A program made the position numbers and the translations under genes. DNA of 64,000 nt from Alphaproteobacteria bacterium (GTDB lineage: Bacteria; Pseudomonadota; Alphaproteobacteria; RF32; CAG-239): contig JAZSBR010000036.1 of the NCBI GenBank assembly GCA_045602545.1, positions 31,279 through 95,278 of the forward strand, written 5' to 3'. The notes beneath the pieces are model-generated. The model was given only the letters and a program-made list of their open reading frames with translations, did not search any database and was not told the origin of the DNA. This document shows positions 1 through 9,972 of the stretch, piece by piece (positions within the stretch are counted from its first letter, which is position 1; each line of letters starts with the position of its first letter).

Positions 1-2280
1 CAAACTGATTGCCACCGATTTTTTGCCTTGTGGCAAATTCTCGCCTTCATAAAGGTCAAAAACGCGCACATCGGTAATATGATTGCGGTCGGCATTTTTG
101 GCCGCAGCTATAATATTGATGGCATTAACATTTTTATCAACCACAAACGCAAGGTCTTTATCAATCGGTTGAAATGCCGAAAGTTCAAGCTTTTTGCGCG
201 CCTTAACCGATTTGCGAGGCAACGGAATATTGTTTAAGTTAACCTCAAATGCCACCACGCGTTCTTTGATGTCAAGCATTTTCAAAATGCTCGGATGAAT
301 TTCTCCGAAATAAGCCAAAACATTTTTACCCAAGCGAATTGCACCTGAACGACCAGGATGATAATAGCTTGGCGCATCGGTGGTAATTTGCGGATTTTCA
401 AACGGACCTTTTGCCGCCGCAATTGCTGCCAAGGCATCGGCTTTTGCGTCAAACACATCATATGCTCTTGCACTGCCTGTCCAGTCTTTTTTGGCGGTAT
501 TGCCGGCACGTACACCGCTGGCAGACATAATCTGCTCGTTCGGGTTGCGTCCGAAAAATGTCGGTCCGACTTCAAAGAGTGCCACATTTGCATAACCTTT
601 GGCAATATTGTTTTTTACTGCCGTTAACAGGTTAGGCAAAATTGACGGGCGCATTTCATCAAGCTCTTTAACAATCGGATTTTGCAACAAAATCGGCGCT
701 TTTTCGTTGCGGAAAAACTTCGCGATATCACTGTCTGCAAAGCTCCATGTTACGGTTTCATACATTCCGCGAGAAGCAAGTTCATGCTTAACGATTAAGG
801 CATTATGTTGCTCTGGAAGGAGAATTTCTTTCGGCAATTTATCATGCGGAAGAGATTGCGCCGGAATATTATCAAGACCTATCATGCGCACAACTTCTTC
901 AACCAAATCGTGTTCGCCTTCAATATCACCGCGCCAACTCGGAGAAATTGCCTTAATTTTGCCGTTTTCAAAACTTACTTCAAAACCTAAATTTTGCAAA
1001 ATTTCCATTGACTTTTCTTTTGCTACCGGCATACCGATAAAGCTTTCCAAATGTTCAGGACGCAGATATGCAACCTGCGGTTTATAATCATCTTCCGAGC
1101 CGACAACTGTTAATTCCGAAGCTTCACCTCCGCAAATTTGTAAAATCAAGGCGGTGGCATAATCCGAACCCAAGATGTTTGACTTCGGGTCAACCCAACG
1201 TTCATAACGATAACGTGAGTCGGAATCTATCTGCAAATGACGACCGGTATAGGCAATGCATTCCGGCTTAAACAACGCCGATTCCAATACCACATTGACA
1301 GTGTCATCAGAGCAACCTTTATTAAGTCCGCCCATAACACCGCCCAAGCATTGCACGCCCTCATCATCGCAAATTCCGAGTGATTTATCGTTCAAAACAT
1401 ATTCTTTTTCGTTTAAGGCCATAAACTTTTCGCCGTCTTTTGCCATTTTAACAACAATTGAGCCTTTTAATTTATCGGCATCAAAAACATGCAACGGACG
1501 CGCCAAATCATAGCAAATGTAATTCGTTATATCCACCAGCGGAGAAATTGAGTGCAATCCGATGGCATTTAAGCGATTTTTCATCCAATCAGGTGTCTTG
1601 GCATGATTGTTCACGCCTTTGATATAGCGCGCGGTATAAACAGGGCATTCAACCGGATTTTCCACCTTAACACTAACCGGATTAGCAAATTTTGCCGGCA
1701 TTTTTTTGATGTTAAGCGGTTTTAAAGTGCCAAGTCCTGCTGCCGCCAAATCACGGGCAATTCCGCGCACACCCAAGCATTCGGCGCGGTTAGGAGTGAT
1801 GGATACTTCAATTACCGGATCAATGTTTAAAACTTCAGCCGCCGGAAGTCCGATTTTTGTGTCTTCAGGCAGTTCAATAATGGCATCATGAGCCGTGCCG
1901 ATACCGATTTCATCAACCGCGCACATCATACCGCAACTTTCAACCCCGCGGATTTTGGCACGTTTTAAGCGCTCGTTAAACAGCGGAATCAATGTTCCCT
2001 CACGCGCAAAAATTCCGACCAAACCTTTGTGAACATTCGGCGCACCACACACAACCTGATATTTGTTTGTGCCGTCATTAACGCACAAAACGTGCAATTT
2101 GTCGGCGTCCGGATGATTTTCAACGCTTTCAATGCGTGCGCTGACAAATTCTTTCAAGCCGTCGGAAGGGTCAAAAACTTCTTCAACTTCCAAACCGATA
2201 CGGGTTAAAGTTTCGCAAATTTCATTGATGTTTGCGTTTGTTTCTAAATGCTCTTTGAGCCAAGATAGAGTAAATTTCAT
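1..2280 (-). CDS. pheT: phenylalanine--tRNA ligase beta subunit (C-terminal end runs off the window start)
   Basis: Absent from the supplied ORF track because no stop lies inside the window. My translation of the minus strand from ATG at 2280 gives MKFTLSWLKEHLETNANINEICETLTRIGLEVEEV... and stays open for 760 codons to base 1 (...HITDVRVFDLYEGENLPQGKKSVAISL). ATGA stop/start overlap with pheS at 2277-2280. Confidence 0.9.
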   Translation of the reverse strand, partial: MKFTLSWLKEHLETNANINEICETLTRIGLEVEEVFDPSDGLKEFVSARIESVENHPDADKLHVLCVNDGTNKYQVVCGAPNVHKGLVGIFAREGTLIPLFNERLKRAKIRGVESCGMMCAVDEIGIGTAHDAIIELPEDTKIGLPAAEVLNIDPVIEVSITPNRAECLGVRGIARDLAAAGLGTLKPLNIKKMPAKFANPVSVKVENPVECPVYTARYIKGVNNHAKTPDWMKNRLNAIGLHSISPLVDITNYICYDLARPLHVFDADKLKGSIVVKMAKDGEKFMALNEKEYVLNDKSLGICDDEGVQCLGGVMGGLNKGCSDDTVNVVLESALFKPECIAYTGRHLQIDSDSRYRYERWVDPKSNILGSDYATALILQICGGEASELTVVGSEDDYKPQVAYLRPEHLESFIGMPVAKEKSMEILQNLGFEVSFENGKIKAISPSWRGDIEGEHDLVEEVVRMIGLDNIPAQSLPHDKLPKEILLPEQHNALIVKHELASRGMYETVTWSFADSDIAKFFRNEKAPILLQNPIVKELDEMRPSILPNLLTAVKNNIAKGYANVALFEVGPTFFGRNPNEQIMSASGVRAGNTAKKDWTGSARAYDVFDAKADALAAIAAAKGPFENPQITTDAPSYYHPGRSGAIRLGKNVLAYFGEIHPSILKMLDIKERVVAFEVNLNNIPLPRKSVKARKKLELSAFQPIDKDLAFVVDKNVNAINIIAAAKNADRNHITDVRVFDLYEGENLPQGKKSVAISL

Positions 2281-3386
2281 CGTGCAAGTCCTCCGTTATC
2301 ACTTAATCCGCCGGTCATTGAAGAAAAGTCAAGCGGAGTAAAGCCATAGTGCTTGAGCCAACGTACATCCGATTCAAAAAATGTGCGCAAATCCGGAATG
2401 CCGTATTTGAGCATTGCCAAGCGGTCAATGCCAAGTCCGAAAGCAAAGCCTTGATATTCGTCAGGATTTATTCCGCCGGCTTTCAAAACATTAGGGTGAA
2501 CCATTCCGCAACCCAAAACCTCAAGCCAATCTGTTCCGGCGCCGATTTTAAGTTCGGTCTTGGTTTTTAAACAGCCGATATCCATTTCAGCCGATGGCTC
2601 GGTGAACGGAAAATATGACGGACGATAACGCACCGGCAACTCATCAAGCTCAAAAAAGGCTTTCATAAAATCATATAAACAACCTTTGAGGTGCGCCATG
2701 GTGATGTTTTTATCAATTACCAAGCCCTCAACCTGATGGAACATCGGTGTATGAGTTGCATCATAATCCGAGCGATAAGTGCGCCCCGGAGCAATGATGC
2801 GGATAGGTGGTTGTTGCTTTTCCATGGTGCGGATTTGCATGCCGGAAGTATGAGTGCGCACAACATAAGCGCTGTCCATATCAAACGGAGCATCAGGGTT
2901 GTTGTTGATGTAAAACGTGTCTTGCATTTGGCGGGCAGGGTGATTTGCCGGCATATTAAGCGCATTAAAGTTATGAAACTGGTCTTCAATATCAGGCCCG
3001 TTGGCAACTTCAAAGCCCATCTGCCCGAAAATAGCGATAACTTCTTCATAAATTTTGGAAACCGGATGAATACGTCCTTGCATTTCAGGACGAACAGGCA
3101 AAGTAACATCAATTGTTTCTTTTTTGAGCTTTTCATCTAAAGCCTTGGCTTCCAATGCCGATTTTTGCGCTTCAATAGCTTTTTCAATTTCGCTTTTGAC
3201 AACATTCAGGCTTTTGCCTAAAGCAATTTTTTCTTCCAAAGGAAGCGCGCCCAAACCTTTCATCAATTCAGTCAGCTTTCCCTTTTTCCCCATAACCGAA
3301 ACTCTGATATCATCAAGGCTTTTTAGGTCTTCAGCCCCGTTGATTTGTTTCAAAATTTCGGCTTTCAAATCTTTAATATTTTCCAT
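2277..3386 (-). CDS. pheS: phenylalanine--tRNA ligase alpha subunit
   Basis: 369 aa. Class II aaRS motifs (…FYINNN…VVRTHTSGMQIRTM…PGRTYRSD…GFAFGLGIDRLAML) and pheS-pheT operon context. Confidence 0.95.
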   Translation of the reverse strand: MENIKDLKAEILKQINGAEDLKSLDDIRVSVMGKKGKLTELMKGLGALPLEEKIALGKSLNVVKSEIEKAIEAQKSALEAKALDEKLKKETIDVTLPVRPEMQGRIHPVSKIYEEVIAIFGQMGFEVANGPDIEDQFHNFNALNMPANHPARQMQDTFYINNNPDAPFDMDSAYVVRTHTSGMQIRTMEKQQPPIRIIAPGRTYRSDYDATHTPMFHQVEGLVIDKNITMAHLKGCLYDFMKAFFELDELPVRYRPSYFPFTEPSAEMDIGCLKTKTELKIGAGTDWLEVLGCGMVHPNVLKAGGINPDEYQGFAFGLGIDRLAMLKYGIPDLRTFFESDVRWLKHYGFTPLDFSSMTGGLSDNGGLAR

Positions 3387-3411
3387 TTACAACAACCTTA
3401 AAATTCTTTTA

Positions 3412-3466
3412 TAAAAGTAAAAAGAGCCGGCCAAAGGCACTGCCTGAAAGCCAACTCTTTTTATAT
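3412..3466 (-). terminator. rho-independent terminator/attenuator hairpin between rplT and pheS
   Basis: Minus-strand RNA AAAAAGAGUUGGC-UUUCAGGCAGUGCCUUU-GGCCGGCUCUUUUUAC: an 8-bp GC-rich stem followed by a U-tract, in the rplT-pheS spacer. Confidence 0.6.
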
Positions 3467-3488
3467 TTTTAAATATTTTCGTATCTGT

Positions 3489-3848
3489 TTATTTCGCAAG
3501 AGCTGCTTTGGCAGTTTCTACCAACTTAGCAAAAGCTTGGGGCTCTTTCAAAGCGATATCGGCCAAAACCTTACGGTCAAGTTCAACACCGGCTTTATTC
3601 AGCCCGCTCATAAATCGAGAATAAGTCATATCATACAAACGTGTGGCGGCGTTAATACGTTGAATCCACAAAGAGCGGAAAGTTCTTTTCTTTGCTTTTC
3701 TGTCACGATATGCATATTGCAGACCTTTTTCGACTTTTTCAACAGCTACTCTGAAAACGTTTTTATTGCGACCTCTGTAACCTTTAGCCATACCCAAAAT
3801 TTTCTTGTGGCGAGCGTGAGCGGTCATTCCTCTTTTAACACGAGACAT
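3489..3848 (-). CDS. rplT: 50S ribosomal protein L20
   Basis: 119 aa, [35 protein letters not shown]… is the canonical L20 N-terminus. Adjacent to rpmI. Confidence 0.97.
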   Translation of the reverse strand: MSRVKRGMTAHARHKKILGMAKGYRGRNKNVFRVAVEKVEKGLQYAYRDRKAKKRTFRSLWIQRINAATRLYDMTYSRFMSGLNKAGVELDRKVLADIALKEPQAFAKLVETAKAALAK

Positions 3849-3862
3849 ATTTCAATCCTCCC

Positions 3863-4057
3863 TTAAATAAACGGTAAAAACTTTTTAACAAACTTGTTGG
3901 CGGCAGATATAATAACCGAACCACGTGCTTGTCTTTTTTGTTTTGTAGGTTTGTTGAAGAGAAGGTGTCTCTTGAACGAATGTTTTCTTGTTAATTTGCC
4001 TGTACCGGTAACGCCAAAGCGCTTTGCGGCGGCTTTTTTAGTTTTTATTTTCGGCAT
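3863..4057 (-). CDS. rpmI: 50S ribosomal protein L35
   Basis: MPKIKTKKAAAKRFGVTGTGKLTRKHSFKRH… Start moved to the internal ATG at 4057 because the AAGGGA Shine-Dalgarno lies inside the 5-codon ORF-track extension. Confidence 0.9.
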   Translation of the reverse strand: MPKIKTKKAAAKRFGVTGTGKLTRKHSFKRHLLFNKPTKQKRQARGSVIISAANKFVKKFLPFI

Positions 4058-4140
4058 TTGATTCCCTTTCAAAAAATCTGGAATTTACACAAAGCTGTCA
4101 GGCATGCCTTCTTATCGCCCGAACAACCAAAACGAAGGCC

Positions 4141-4168
4141 TTTATACCACACATTTTTAAAAATGCAA
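4141..4168 (-). promoter_or_regulatory. putative sigma70 promoter of rpmI-rplT
   Basis: Minus strand TTGCAT-16 nt-TATAAA, about 80 nt upstream of rpmI. The leader contains a GGCCUUC…GAAGGC hairpin, a possible L20 autoregulatory site. Confidence 0.45.
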
Positions 4169-4205
4169 GTGTTTTTTTTGCTTTATGTCGCAAAAAGTCT
4201 TAAAG

Positions 4206-5231
4206 CTATTTTTTAAATGTCAAAACCACGAAGTTATCGTTACCATCGTGAAGCCATTGAGCGGCTTCTGCCGGAGTCCAACGTTTTTTGGAAAAAGGAA
4301 GTTGTGAATAACAGTTTCCGTTATAATCGGCATAACCTGCAGAACAACTGATGTTACCGTCATCCGGAATTTCTGTGCAGCCGGTACCTGTATGATAATA
4401 ATAGTAATCATCGCTTTCGGAATGAAGACATTCCTTATGGTCACCGGCATCAAATATAACCTTATCACTATAAACGTTAGCCGCAGTTTCTATATATGCT
4501 TTTATTTTTTCATAACAGCTTTCGGAATTGTTTTTACATTTAAAAATCGTAAAACCTTCATCCCAATCATTTAGAGCATCATTACTCCAACCACTAAAAT
4601 CAAGAGAATTTGGAATAATTATTTCTAAATCACTGTTCGTTCTAAAAGCATTACTATCAATGGTTGTTAATGAGCTTGGAAGTTCTAAGTGAGTTAGAGC
4701 CGATGTCTCAAGGAAGGCATCATTAGCGATGGTCTCTATCATAGGCATATTAACATTGCTTAGAGAGCTTGCACCGGCAAATGTTCCCTCATTGATTATT
4801 TTTACATTTGGCATATCAATACTTGTCAAAGATGATGCTTCCCGAAATGCATATTCTCCGATGGTGGTTAGCGTGTTTGGAATGTCAATATCTGTTAGTA
4901 ATGTTTCTCCGCTAAAAGCATTTTCTCCGATATTTACGACTCCATCACCAATTACAACGCGCGTTACGCCTTGTCTTGCCCAAGGAGCAGAAGTTACCCA
5001 TCCGTTTTCGTATCCGTCGTCCGTTCCGTGAAAAGCATAGGTAACGTAGTAATCATTCATTGTTACATTTCCTGCACCGGTTTTAGCTGAAATCGTTAAA
5101 ATTCCGTCGTCAATTTTCCATAAACAAGTTTCATCTTCATTACAGTAACCTGCAGTATCTATTGCTCTGGCTTCACTTGATATTTCCAAAACAAAAATCA
5201 CTATACTTGCAATTAAAACAAACTTTCTCAT
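4206..5231 (-). CDS. secreted BspA-type leucine-rich-repeat protein with family C-terminal module (paralog 1)
   Basis: Signal peptide MRKFVLIASIVIFVLEISSEARA. LRR_5-like units (IGEYAFREASSLTSIDMP / INEGTFAGASSLSNVNMP…). C-terminus KKRWTPAEAAQWLHDGNDNFVVLTFKK is shared with 5 other ORFs in the window. Confidence 0.85.
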   Translation of the reverse strand: MRKFVLIASIVIFVLEISSEARAIDTAGYCNEDETCLWKIDDGILTISAKTGAGNVTMNDYYVTYAFHGTDDGYENGWVTSAPWARQGVTRVVIGDGVVNIGENAFSGETLLTDIDIPNTLTTIGEYAFREASSLTSIDMPNVKIINEGTFAGASSLSNVNMPMIETIANDAFLETSALTHLELPSSLTTIDSNAFRTNSDLEIIIPNSLDFSGWSNDALNDWDEGFTIFKCKNNSESCYEKIKAYIETAANVYSDKVIFDAGDHKECLHSESDDYYYYHTGTGCTEIPDDGNISCSAGYADYNGNCYSQLPFSKKRWTPAEAAQWLHDGNDNFVVLTFKK

Positions 5232-5498
5232 TTTATTTTCCTTCTTTAAAAATTAAAACTAATTTAGCATAAAAGAAAAATCGCCCCAAAAGGCGACTGG
5301 AAGTTGGAAACTATACTTATCAGATAGTGTGATTTATTCGCAAACCGAGCGGTTTCTTATTTCGTCACCTTCCAATCATACGAATATGACTGAAAATTAA
5401 ACTATCCTCACATAAGGATGGATAAGTATGAGGTTTCCACACCTCCGAGCCTTTTATGCTCATTTCCGATTTTAGCTGATTTTACTATTTAAAGTCAA
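5232..5498 (-). promoter_or_regulatory. class-1 structured leader, copy A, with its promoter
   Basis: Minus strand: TTGACT(5498-5493)-18 nt-TAAAAT(5474-5469), then an RNA starting near GAGCAUAAAAGGCUCGGAGGU and ending in UCGCC/GGCGA hairpin + UUUUUCUUUUAUGCU (plus 5266-5297). It aligns with copies at 23915-24164 and 30889-31125 with compensatory changes. Confidence 0.7.
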
Positions 5499-5500
5499 GC

Positions 5501-5530
5501 TAAAAAAGAACCGGCTCTAAAGAGTCGGTC
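5501..5530 (-). terminator. terminator downstream of the U32 peptidase gene
   Basis: Minus RNA GACCGACUC-UUUA-GAGCCGGUUC followed by UUUUUU, lying between the stop at 5553 and the class-1 promoter. Confidence 0.6.
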
Positions 5531-5552
5531 TTAATGAAATTATATAGTAAGA

Positions 5553-7829
5553 TTAAATATTGTTTGCTATAAAATTGCCTTTAATACAATTATTTATTTC
5601 ACTAAATTTAAGTAAATTATTAACAATATTTTTTACCTTTTCCGGTGTATATGACTTGTAGCAAAAATCCATTCTGAAAAAGTCAGGGGTAAGGTTTTTA
5701 GCCTCTTCTGCGATGCAATACGGGCGATTATCAAACACCATCATTTGGCAATTGCGTGAAAGGGCGGAAAATTTCGTGCCGTCACGTTCAATTTCAAACC
5801 ATTTTTCGCCTCTGGTGCAGTTTTTGCAATCATTATCGCGAATACAACCGACGCTGGTAAATAAAGGAATGTCCTGATAAATGATAAGTTCGGTTTTTAA
5901 TGGAGATTTTTCTATTAAATTACAAATATTTATCTTTATATCTTCAAGTGATAAAGAAACTTTGGAGGCGCCGATTTCCCTTGCCATGGATACGGCTTGC
6001 GAATTTAGCATATAAATAGTTGAATCAAAAGAAATATCAAACTTTTCAAGCGGTAAAATTTCTAATGCCCAATAATTTGCCACCTGCCATTTGTGATAAC
6101 CGGAATCCAAAAGCTTTTCAATAATCGGCTCATAAATCTTCGGATGGCGACAAACAGCCGGCAAGGCAATGCGAATTTTGTTCTTCGGCAAGTTTTGTAA
6201 ATCGCTCAAATCATCATCAGGATTTATCAGCCAGATAATTTCAGAAAAATCACTTAAATTCAGCAAGTTAAGATATTTAAGGTCGTCAATCTTTATTGAA
6301 AATTGCGGTTTTTGCGGTTTATCGGTGCGCGCCTTTACTTCCGGCAATTCCGTTTTTTTTGTTTCCGGCTTTATGCTCTCATAAAGCTTGCGGCGCAGTT
6401 CATTTGCCAAAGATGCCGGCACAAAAAGGTTTTGCTTGTTTTCAAATTCCAACGAGTTAAGTTCAAATTTTGTATCGCCGGTTTTTGCAAAAGCTTTTTG
6501 CACGGCTTCAAAGCTTTTTTGCGGATTTTCCGCCGGTGTGAACGAGCCCTCAACCGATGCCGTGAAAGTTTTATATTGAGCCGTAATTTTATCAGTAAAT
6601 ACAACAACTTTTACATTAATCGGCGTTGTATTTTTATATGCTCCAGGTTTCGGCTTTTCATAAGCGTATGCGCCTTTAACTTCACTTGAGGAAGCAAGAT
6701 ATATTTTGTTTTTTTTGCTTAAATGCGGATAATTCGGAGGCAGTTCAATTTCAACAAAATCATTTTTAAGCGCTTCAAATACGCTTTTTTTGTTCACAAA
6801 CAGCTTTTGAAGCGAGAAGCCGAACGGTTTTTCATTGCCGTCAGCATCAATTTGCAAGCCGTCGTGGCGGGCAATTTTATGATTTGTTTTGAAGCGCATT
6901 CTGCCATGGGAAACACTTTCAACTTCGCCGATTAAAAGACCTCTGTGACCCACAAAATCGCGGTCTATAACGGTTTTATCTTTGCCGTTGAAATGAAATT
7001 TGCACCACGGGCGGGAAAAAATTTGTTTTATGCGCTCTTCGCGATTGATATCAGCGCCTTTGCCGTCCAAAATCTGCCGATAATAATCGGTTACGGCGGC
7101 AACATAAAGTGCTGATTTTTTGCGCCCTTCAATTTTTAAGGAATCCGCCGGCAAAGCCAAAATATCTTCTCTTAATGCCATATCTTTCATTGAAAAAAGG
7201 TGTGTTTCTTTGCCGTCAGTCGTCTTAAAGCAGGCACGGCACGGATAAAGGCATTTTCCGCGGTTGGCACTGCGTCCGTATTCAAGCGCCGAAAATTGGC
7301 ACAATCCGCTGTATGAATAGCAAAGAGCGCCATGGATAAAAGCTTCGGTTTCCAAATTTGGGATTGAGGCAATTTCCGCAATTTCGGATTTAGTTAATTC
7401 GCGCGCCAAAACCACGCGCTTAAAGCCGAGTTTTTGCAAAAACAATGCACCTTCTTTATTATGAACCGCCATTTGCGTGCTGGCGTGCATTTCAAACCAC
7501 GGATATTTTTCCCTCATCACGCGCGCCACGCCCAAGTCTTGAATAATCAGCCCGTCAACATGACAGCGTGTGCAAATATCAAGACTGTTGAGAAGTTCAG
7601 GCAATTCGCCTTCCTGCAAAACCGTGTTTAAGGCAACATAAACCTTGCGCTTCAAACTGTGGGCATAAGCCGTAAATTCATCCAAAGCAGGCTCATCAAA
7701 ATTGGTGGCCGTGGCACGTGCCGAAAACTTTGAAAGCCCCAAATATACGGCATCTGCGCCATAATAAAGCGCGGCATATCCGGCCTCAATATCGCCGGCA
7801 GGTGCAAGCAATTCTTGCTTTTTCATCAT
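5553..7829 (-). CDS. peptidase U32 family protein (long form, two U32-like halves)
   Basis: N-terminus KKQELLAPAGDIEAGYAALYYGADAVYLGLSKFSARA… and …IHGALCYSYSGLCQFS… are typical of U32. ATG at 7829 preferred (GAAGG SD 7 nt upstream) over the TTG at 7832. Confidence 0.8.
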   Translation of the reverse strand: MMKKQELLAPAGDIEAGYAALYYGADAVYLGLSKFSARATATNFDEPALDEFTAYAHSLKRKVYVALNTVLQEGELPELLNSLDICTRCHVDGLIIQDLGVARVMREKYPWFEMHASTQMAVHNKEGALFLQKLGFKRVVLARELTKSEIAEIASIPNLETEAFIHGALCYSYSGLCQFSALEYGRSANRGKCLYPCRACFKTTDGKETHLFSMKDMALREDILALPADSLKIEGRKKSALYVAAVTDYYRQILDGKGADINREERIKQIFSRPWCKFHFNGKDKTVIDRDFVGHRGLLIGEVESVSHGRMRFKTNHKIARHDGLQIDADGNEKPFGFSLQKLFVNKKSVFEALKNDFVEIELPPNYPHLSKKNKIYLASSSEVKGAYAYEKPKPGAYKNTTPINVKVVVFTDKITAQYKTFTASVEGSFTPAENPQKSFEAVQKAFAKTGDTKFELNSLEFENKQNLFVPASLANELRRKLYESIKPETKKTELPEVKARTDKPQKPQFSIKIDDLKYLNLLNLSDFSEIIWLINPDDDLSDLQNLPKNKIRIALPAVCRHPKIYEPIIEKLLDSGYHKWQVANYWALEILPLEKFDISFDSTIYMLNSQAVSMAREIGASKVSLSLEDIKINICNLIEKSPLKTELIIYQDIPLFTSVGCIRDNDCKNCTRGEKWFEIERDGTKFSALSRNCQMMVFDNRPYCIAEEAKNLTPDFFRMDFCYKSYTPEKVKNIVNNLLKFSEINNCIKGNFIANNI

Positions 7830-7989
7830 CAAAAAACCTTCAGTTATTGTTTGCGCCCTTTTTAACGCAATTACAAAAGCTTGTCAAGCACTGTTCGGTT
7901 ATTTTTTGCTGTGGCTATCTTTAATAAGTTCTCTTGCATTTTTTTGAGGCGTAAATTATTATGGCGTTATTGATGAAGGAGAAAATTTT

Positions 7990-8427
7990 ATGTTGCTCAC
8001 GTTTTTAGCGATACTTACTCCGTTTTTGGCGCTTGTACGGCCGTTGCAACGCAATCGTTTTTTTATTTTTTATTTTGCGATGATGATGGCAAGTGCTTAT
8101 ATTACCGAAAATTATTATTTCCGGACGGCTTTTTTTTCGCATAAAACATTGCTTTTGTTTGCGGTATATCATCTGGTTTGCATAAATATTTCGGCATTTT
8201 TGGCATACGGCGCCGATAAAAGAGCGGCGGTGCGCGGTGATTGGCGTATTCCGGAAGCGCATCTGCATACGCTTGAATTTTTGGGCGGTTGGCTCGGAGC
8301 TTATGTTGCCCAAAAGTTTTTTCATCATAAAAGCAAAAAGCGCTCATATCAGGCAATGTTTTGGCTTATGCTTGTTTTACAAAGCGCGGCGATTTATATT
8401 ATCTTAAAATATCTGAAACTTATTTAG
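7990..8427 (+). CDS. DUF1294-family membrane protein
   Basis: …GADKRAAVRGDWRIPEAHLHTLEFLGGWLGAYVAQKFFHHKSKK… matches the DUF1294 signature as I remember it. AGGAGA SD. Confidence 0.7.
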   Translation: MLLTFLAILTPFLALVRPLQRNRFFIFYFAMMMASAYITENYYFRTAFFSHKTLLLFAVYHLVCINISAFLAYGADKRAAVRGDWRIPEAHLHTLEFLGGWLGAYVAQKFFHHKSKKRSYQAMFWLMLVLQSAAIYIILKYLKLI

Positions 8428-8439
8428 AAGGAGGAAATA

Positions 8440-9900
8440 ATGCAAAAATTTTTGAGTTTGATGATTGCGGGTTTAACTGCAAGTTTCTTGGCACAGGCAA
8501 AAGAACCGCAGGTTTTGCCGGCAAACAATGAAACACTGGCTTTGAGCATATATAACGGCAATTTGGCGTTGGTTAAAGATTCGCGTCCGGCGCGTTTGGA
8601 AGGCGGTGTGAATGAAGTGATTTTTGACGGTGTTTCGCGCGATATTCAGTCGGAAACCGCAATTATTTACGGGCAAGGTGTAAAGGTTTTGGAGCAAAAT
8701 TACAGCTATAACCTCATCAATGAAGATAATCTGATTAAACAGGCAATCGGCAAGGAAGTTTTGACGGTGCGCGAAAGTCCGGATGACGGGGAGAATATTT
8801 TTGAACGTGCCGTTGTTTTGGGTGTTTCCGGCGGAAAACCGATTTTGCGCTTTAATTACGGGATTGAAACCGATTTTACGGGGCGTGTGGTCTTTAATGA
8901 AATTCCGGCCGGTTTAAGCAATAAGCCGATTTTGGCGGCAAAAATAAACAGTTCTTCATCAGGCGATAAGCTTTTGAATCTGGCATATCTCACTTCGGGT
9001 TTAAGCTGGAAAACGGATTATGTGGCAAATATCAATAATAAAACCTCGCTTGATTTAACCGGTTGGGTTACCATCAATAACGAATCGGGGGTTGACTATA
9101 ACAATGCGAAAATTCAGCTGATTGCCGGCGATGTTAATATTGTGCGTCCGGCCATGCAACCGCGTTTGATGATGGCAAAAAGCTTCGGAGTGATGGATAA
9201 TGCGATGGAAAGCACTTCAATTGAACCGGAGCAAATCAACAGCTATGAGCTTTATACGCTTCCGAATATCACAACGATTAAAGACAAGCAAAATAAGCAA
9301 ATCAGCCTGATTGAAAAAGCAGATGTTAAATATTTTAAGGAGTTTAATTTGCGCTCGCAGTTATATTTCGGTGCAAACAGCGAGTTCAAAAAGGCACATC
9401 CGGATATTACGGTTGTTGTTGATAATAATGAAGCCTCAAACTTGGGAATTTCACTGCCGGCGGGAACGATTCGTTTTTATGAAAAGGATAAGAACGGCAA
9501 TTTGCAGTTTATCGGCTCAAACAATATCGGCAACACGGCAAAGGAAGAAACATTGCGCTTGAATTTGGGTAAGGCCTTTAGTTTGGTGGTAAACGGCAAA
9601 GTCACGAAGGTAAGCGAAAAAGAATTGTCACGCACGCAAAATGACAAGAACGGTTGCTATAATACAAGCTTATTAAAAACGTATGATGTGGCGGTTAATT
9701 TCAATAATGCCGAAAAAGAAGATAACACAGTTGTTTTCAAACAGAATATGGTAGACAGTGCTAAAATCATCAAGGAATCGCTGAAAAGCGAGCTTGAAAA
9801 TGCCAATACCCGCGTTTGGAAAGTTGGTATTCCGGGATCAGGTAAGGTGGATTTGACCTTTACGGTGGAAATCAAAGACAACGAACACCATTGCTTTTAA
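8440..9900 (+). CDS. DUF4139-domain secreted protein
   Basis: Signal peptide MQKFLSLMIAGLTASFLAQA. …GLSWKTDYVANIN…LDLTGWVTINNESGVDYNNAKIQLIAGDVN… is typical of DUF4139/DUF4140 proteins. Confidence 0.65.
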   Translation: MQKFLSLMIAGLTASFLAQAKEPQVLPANNETLALSIYNGNLALVKDSRPARLEGGVNEVIFDGVSRDIQSETAIIYGQGVKVLEQNYSYNLINEDNLIKQAIGKEVLTVRESPDDGENIFERAVVLGVSGGKPILRFNYGIETDFTGRVVFNEIPAGLSNKPILAAKINSSSSGDKLLNLAYLTSGLSWKTDYVANINNKTSLDLTGWVTINNESGVDYNNAKIQLIAGDVNIVRPAMQPRLMMAKSFGVMDNAMESTSIEPEQINSYELYTLPNITTIKDKQNKQISLIEKADVKYFKEFNLRSQLYFGANSEFKKAHPDITVVVDNNEASNLGISLPAGTIRFYEKDKNGNLQFIGSNNIGNTAKEETLRLNLGKAFSLVVNGKVTKVSEKELSRTQNDKNGCYNTSLLKTYDVAVNFNNAEKEDNTVVFKQNMVDSAKIIKESLKSELENANTRVWKVGIPGSGKVDLTFTVEIKDNEHHCF

Positions 9901-9920
9901 TTTATAAGGGCAGGGTGATA

Positions 9921-9961
9921 AAAAAGCGCCTTTGTCATAAATCGGCAAAGACGCTTTTTTA
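9921..9961. terminator. bidirectional terminator between convergent genes
   Basis: AAAAAGCGCCUUUG-loop-CAAAGACGCUUUUUU: a stem flanked by an A-run and a T-run. Confidence 0.65.
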
Positions 9962-9972
9962 TATGGAAAAAA

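Noticed and set aside
28-2341. Numerous 60-160-aa plus-strand ORFs in the track (e.g. 599-1087, 1256-1513).
   Set aside because: They are antisense to an uninterrupted 760-codon minus-strand frame with an unmistakable PheT sequence, so they are spurious.
4073-4205. Missing infC upstream of rpmI-rplT as a possible deletion or pseudogene.
   Set aside because: The spacer is short, contains a plausible promoter and shows no infC-like reading frame. infC is probably simply encoded elsewhere.
5440-5465. The class-1 leader 5' block AUAAAAGGCUCGGAGG resembles the AUAAAAGCCCGGGAGA block of ykkC-type (guanidine-I) riboswitches as I remember it.
   Set aside because: In the leader the block sits at the 5' end rather than the 3' end, and the other conserved ykkC elements are absent. 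I treat the resemblance as coincidental, pending cmsearch.
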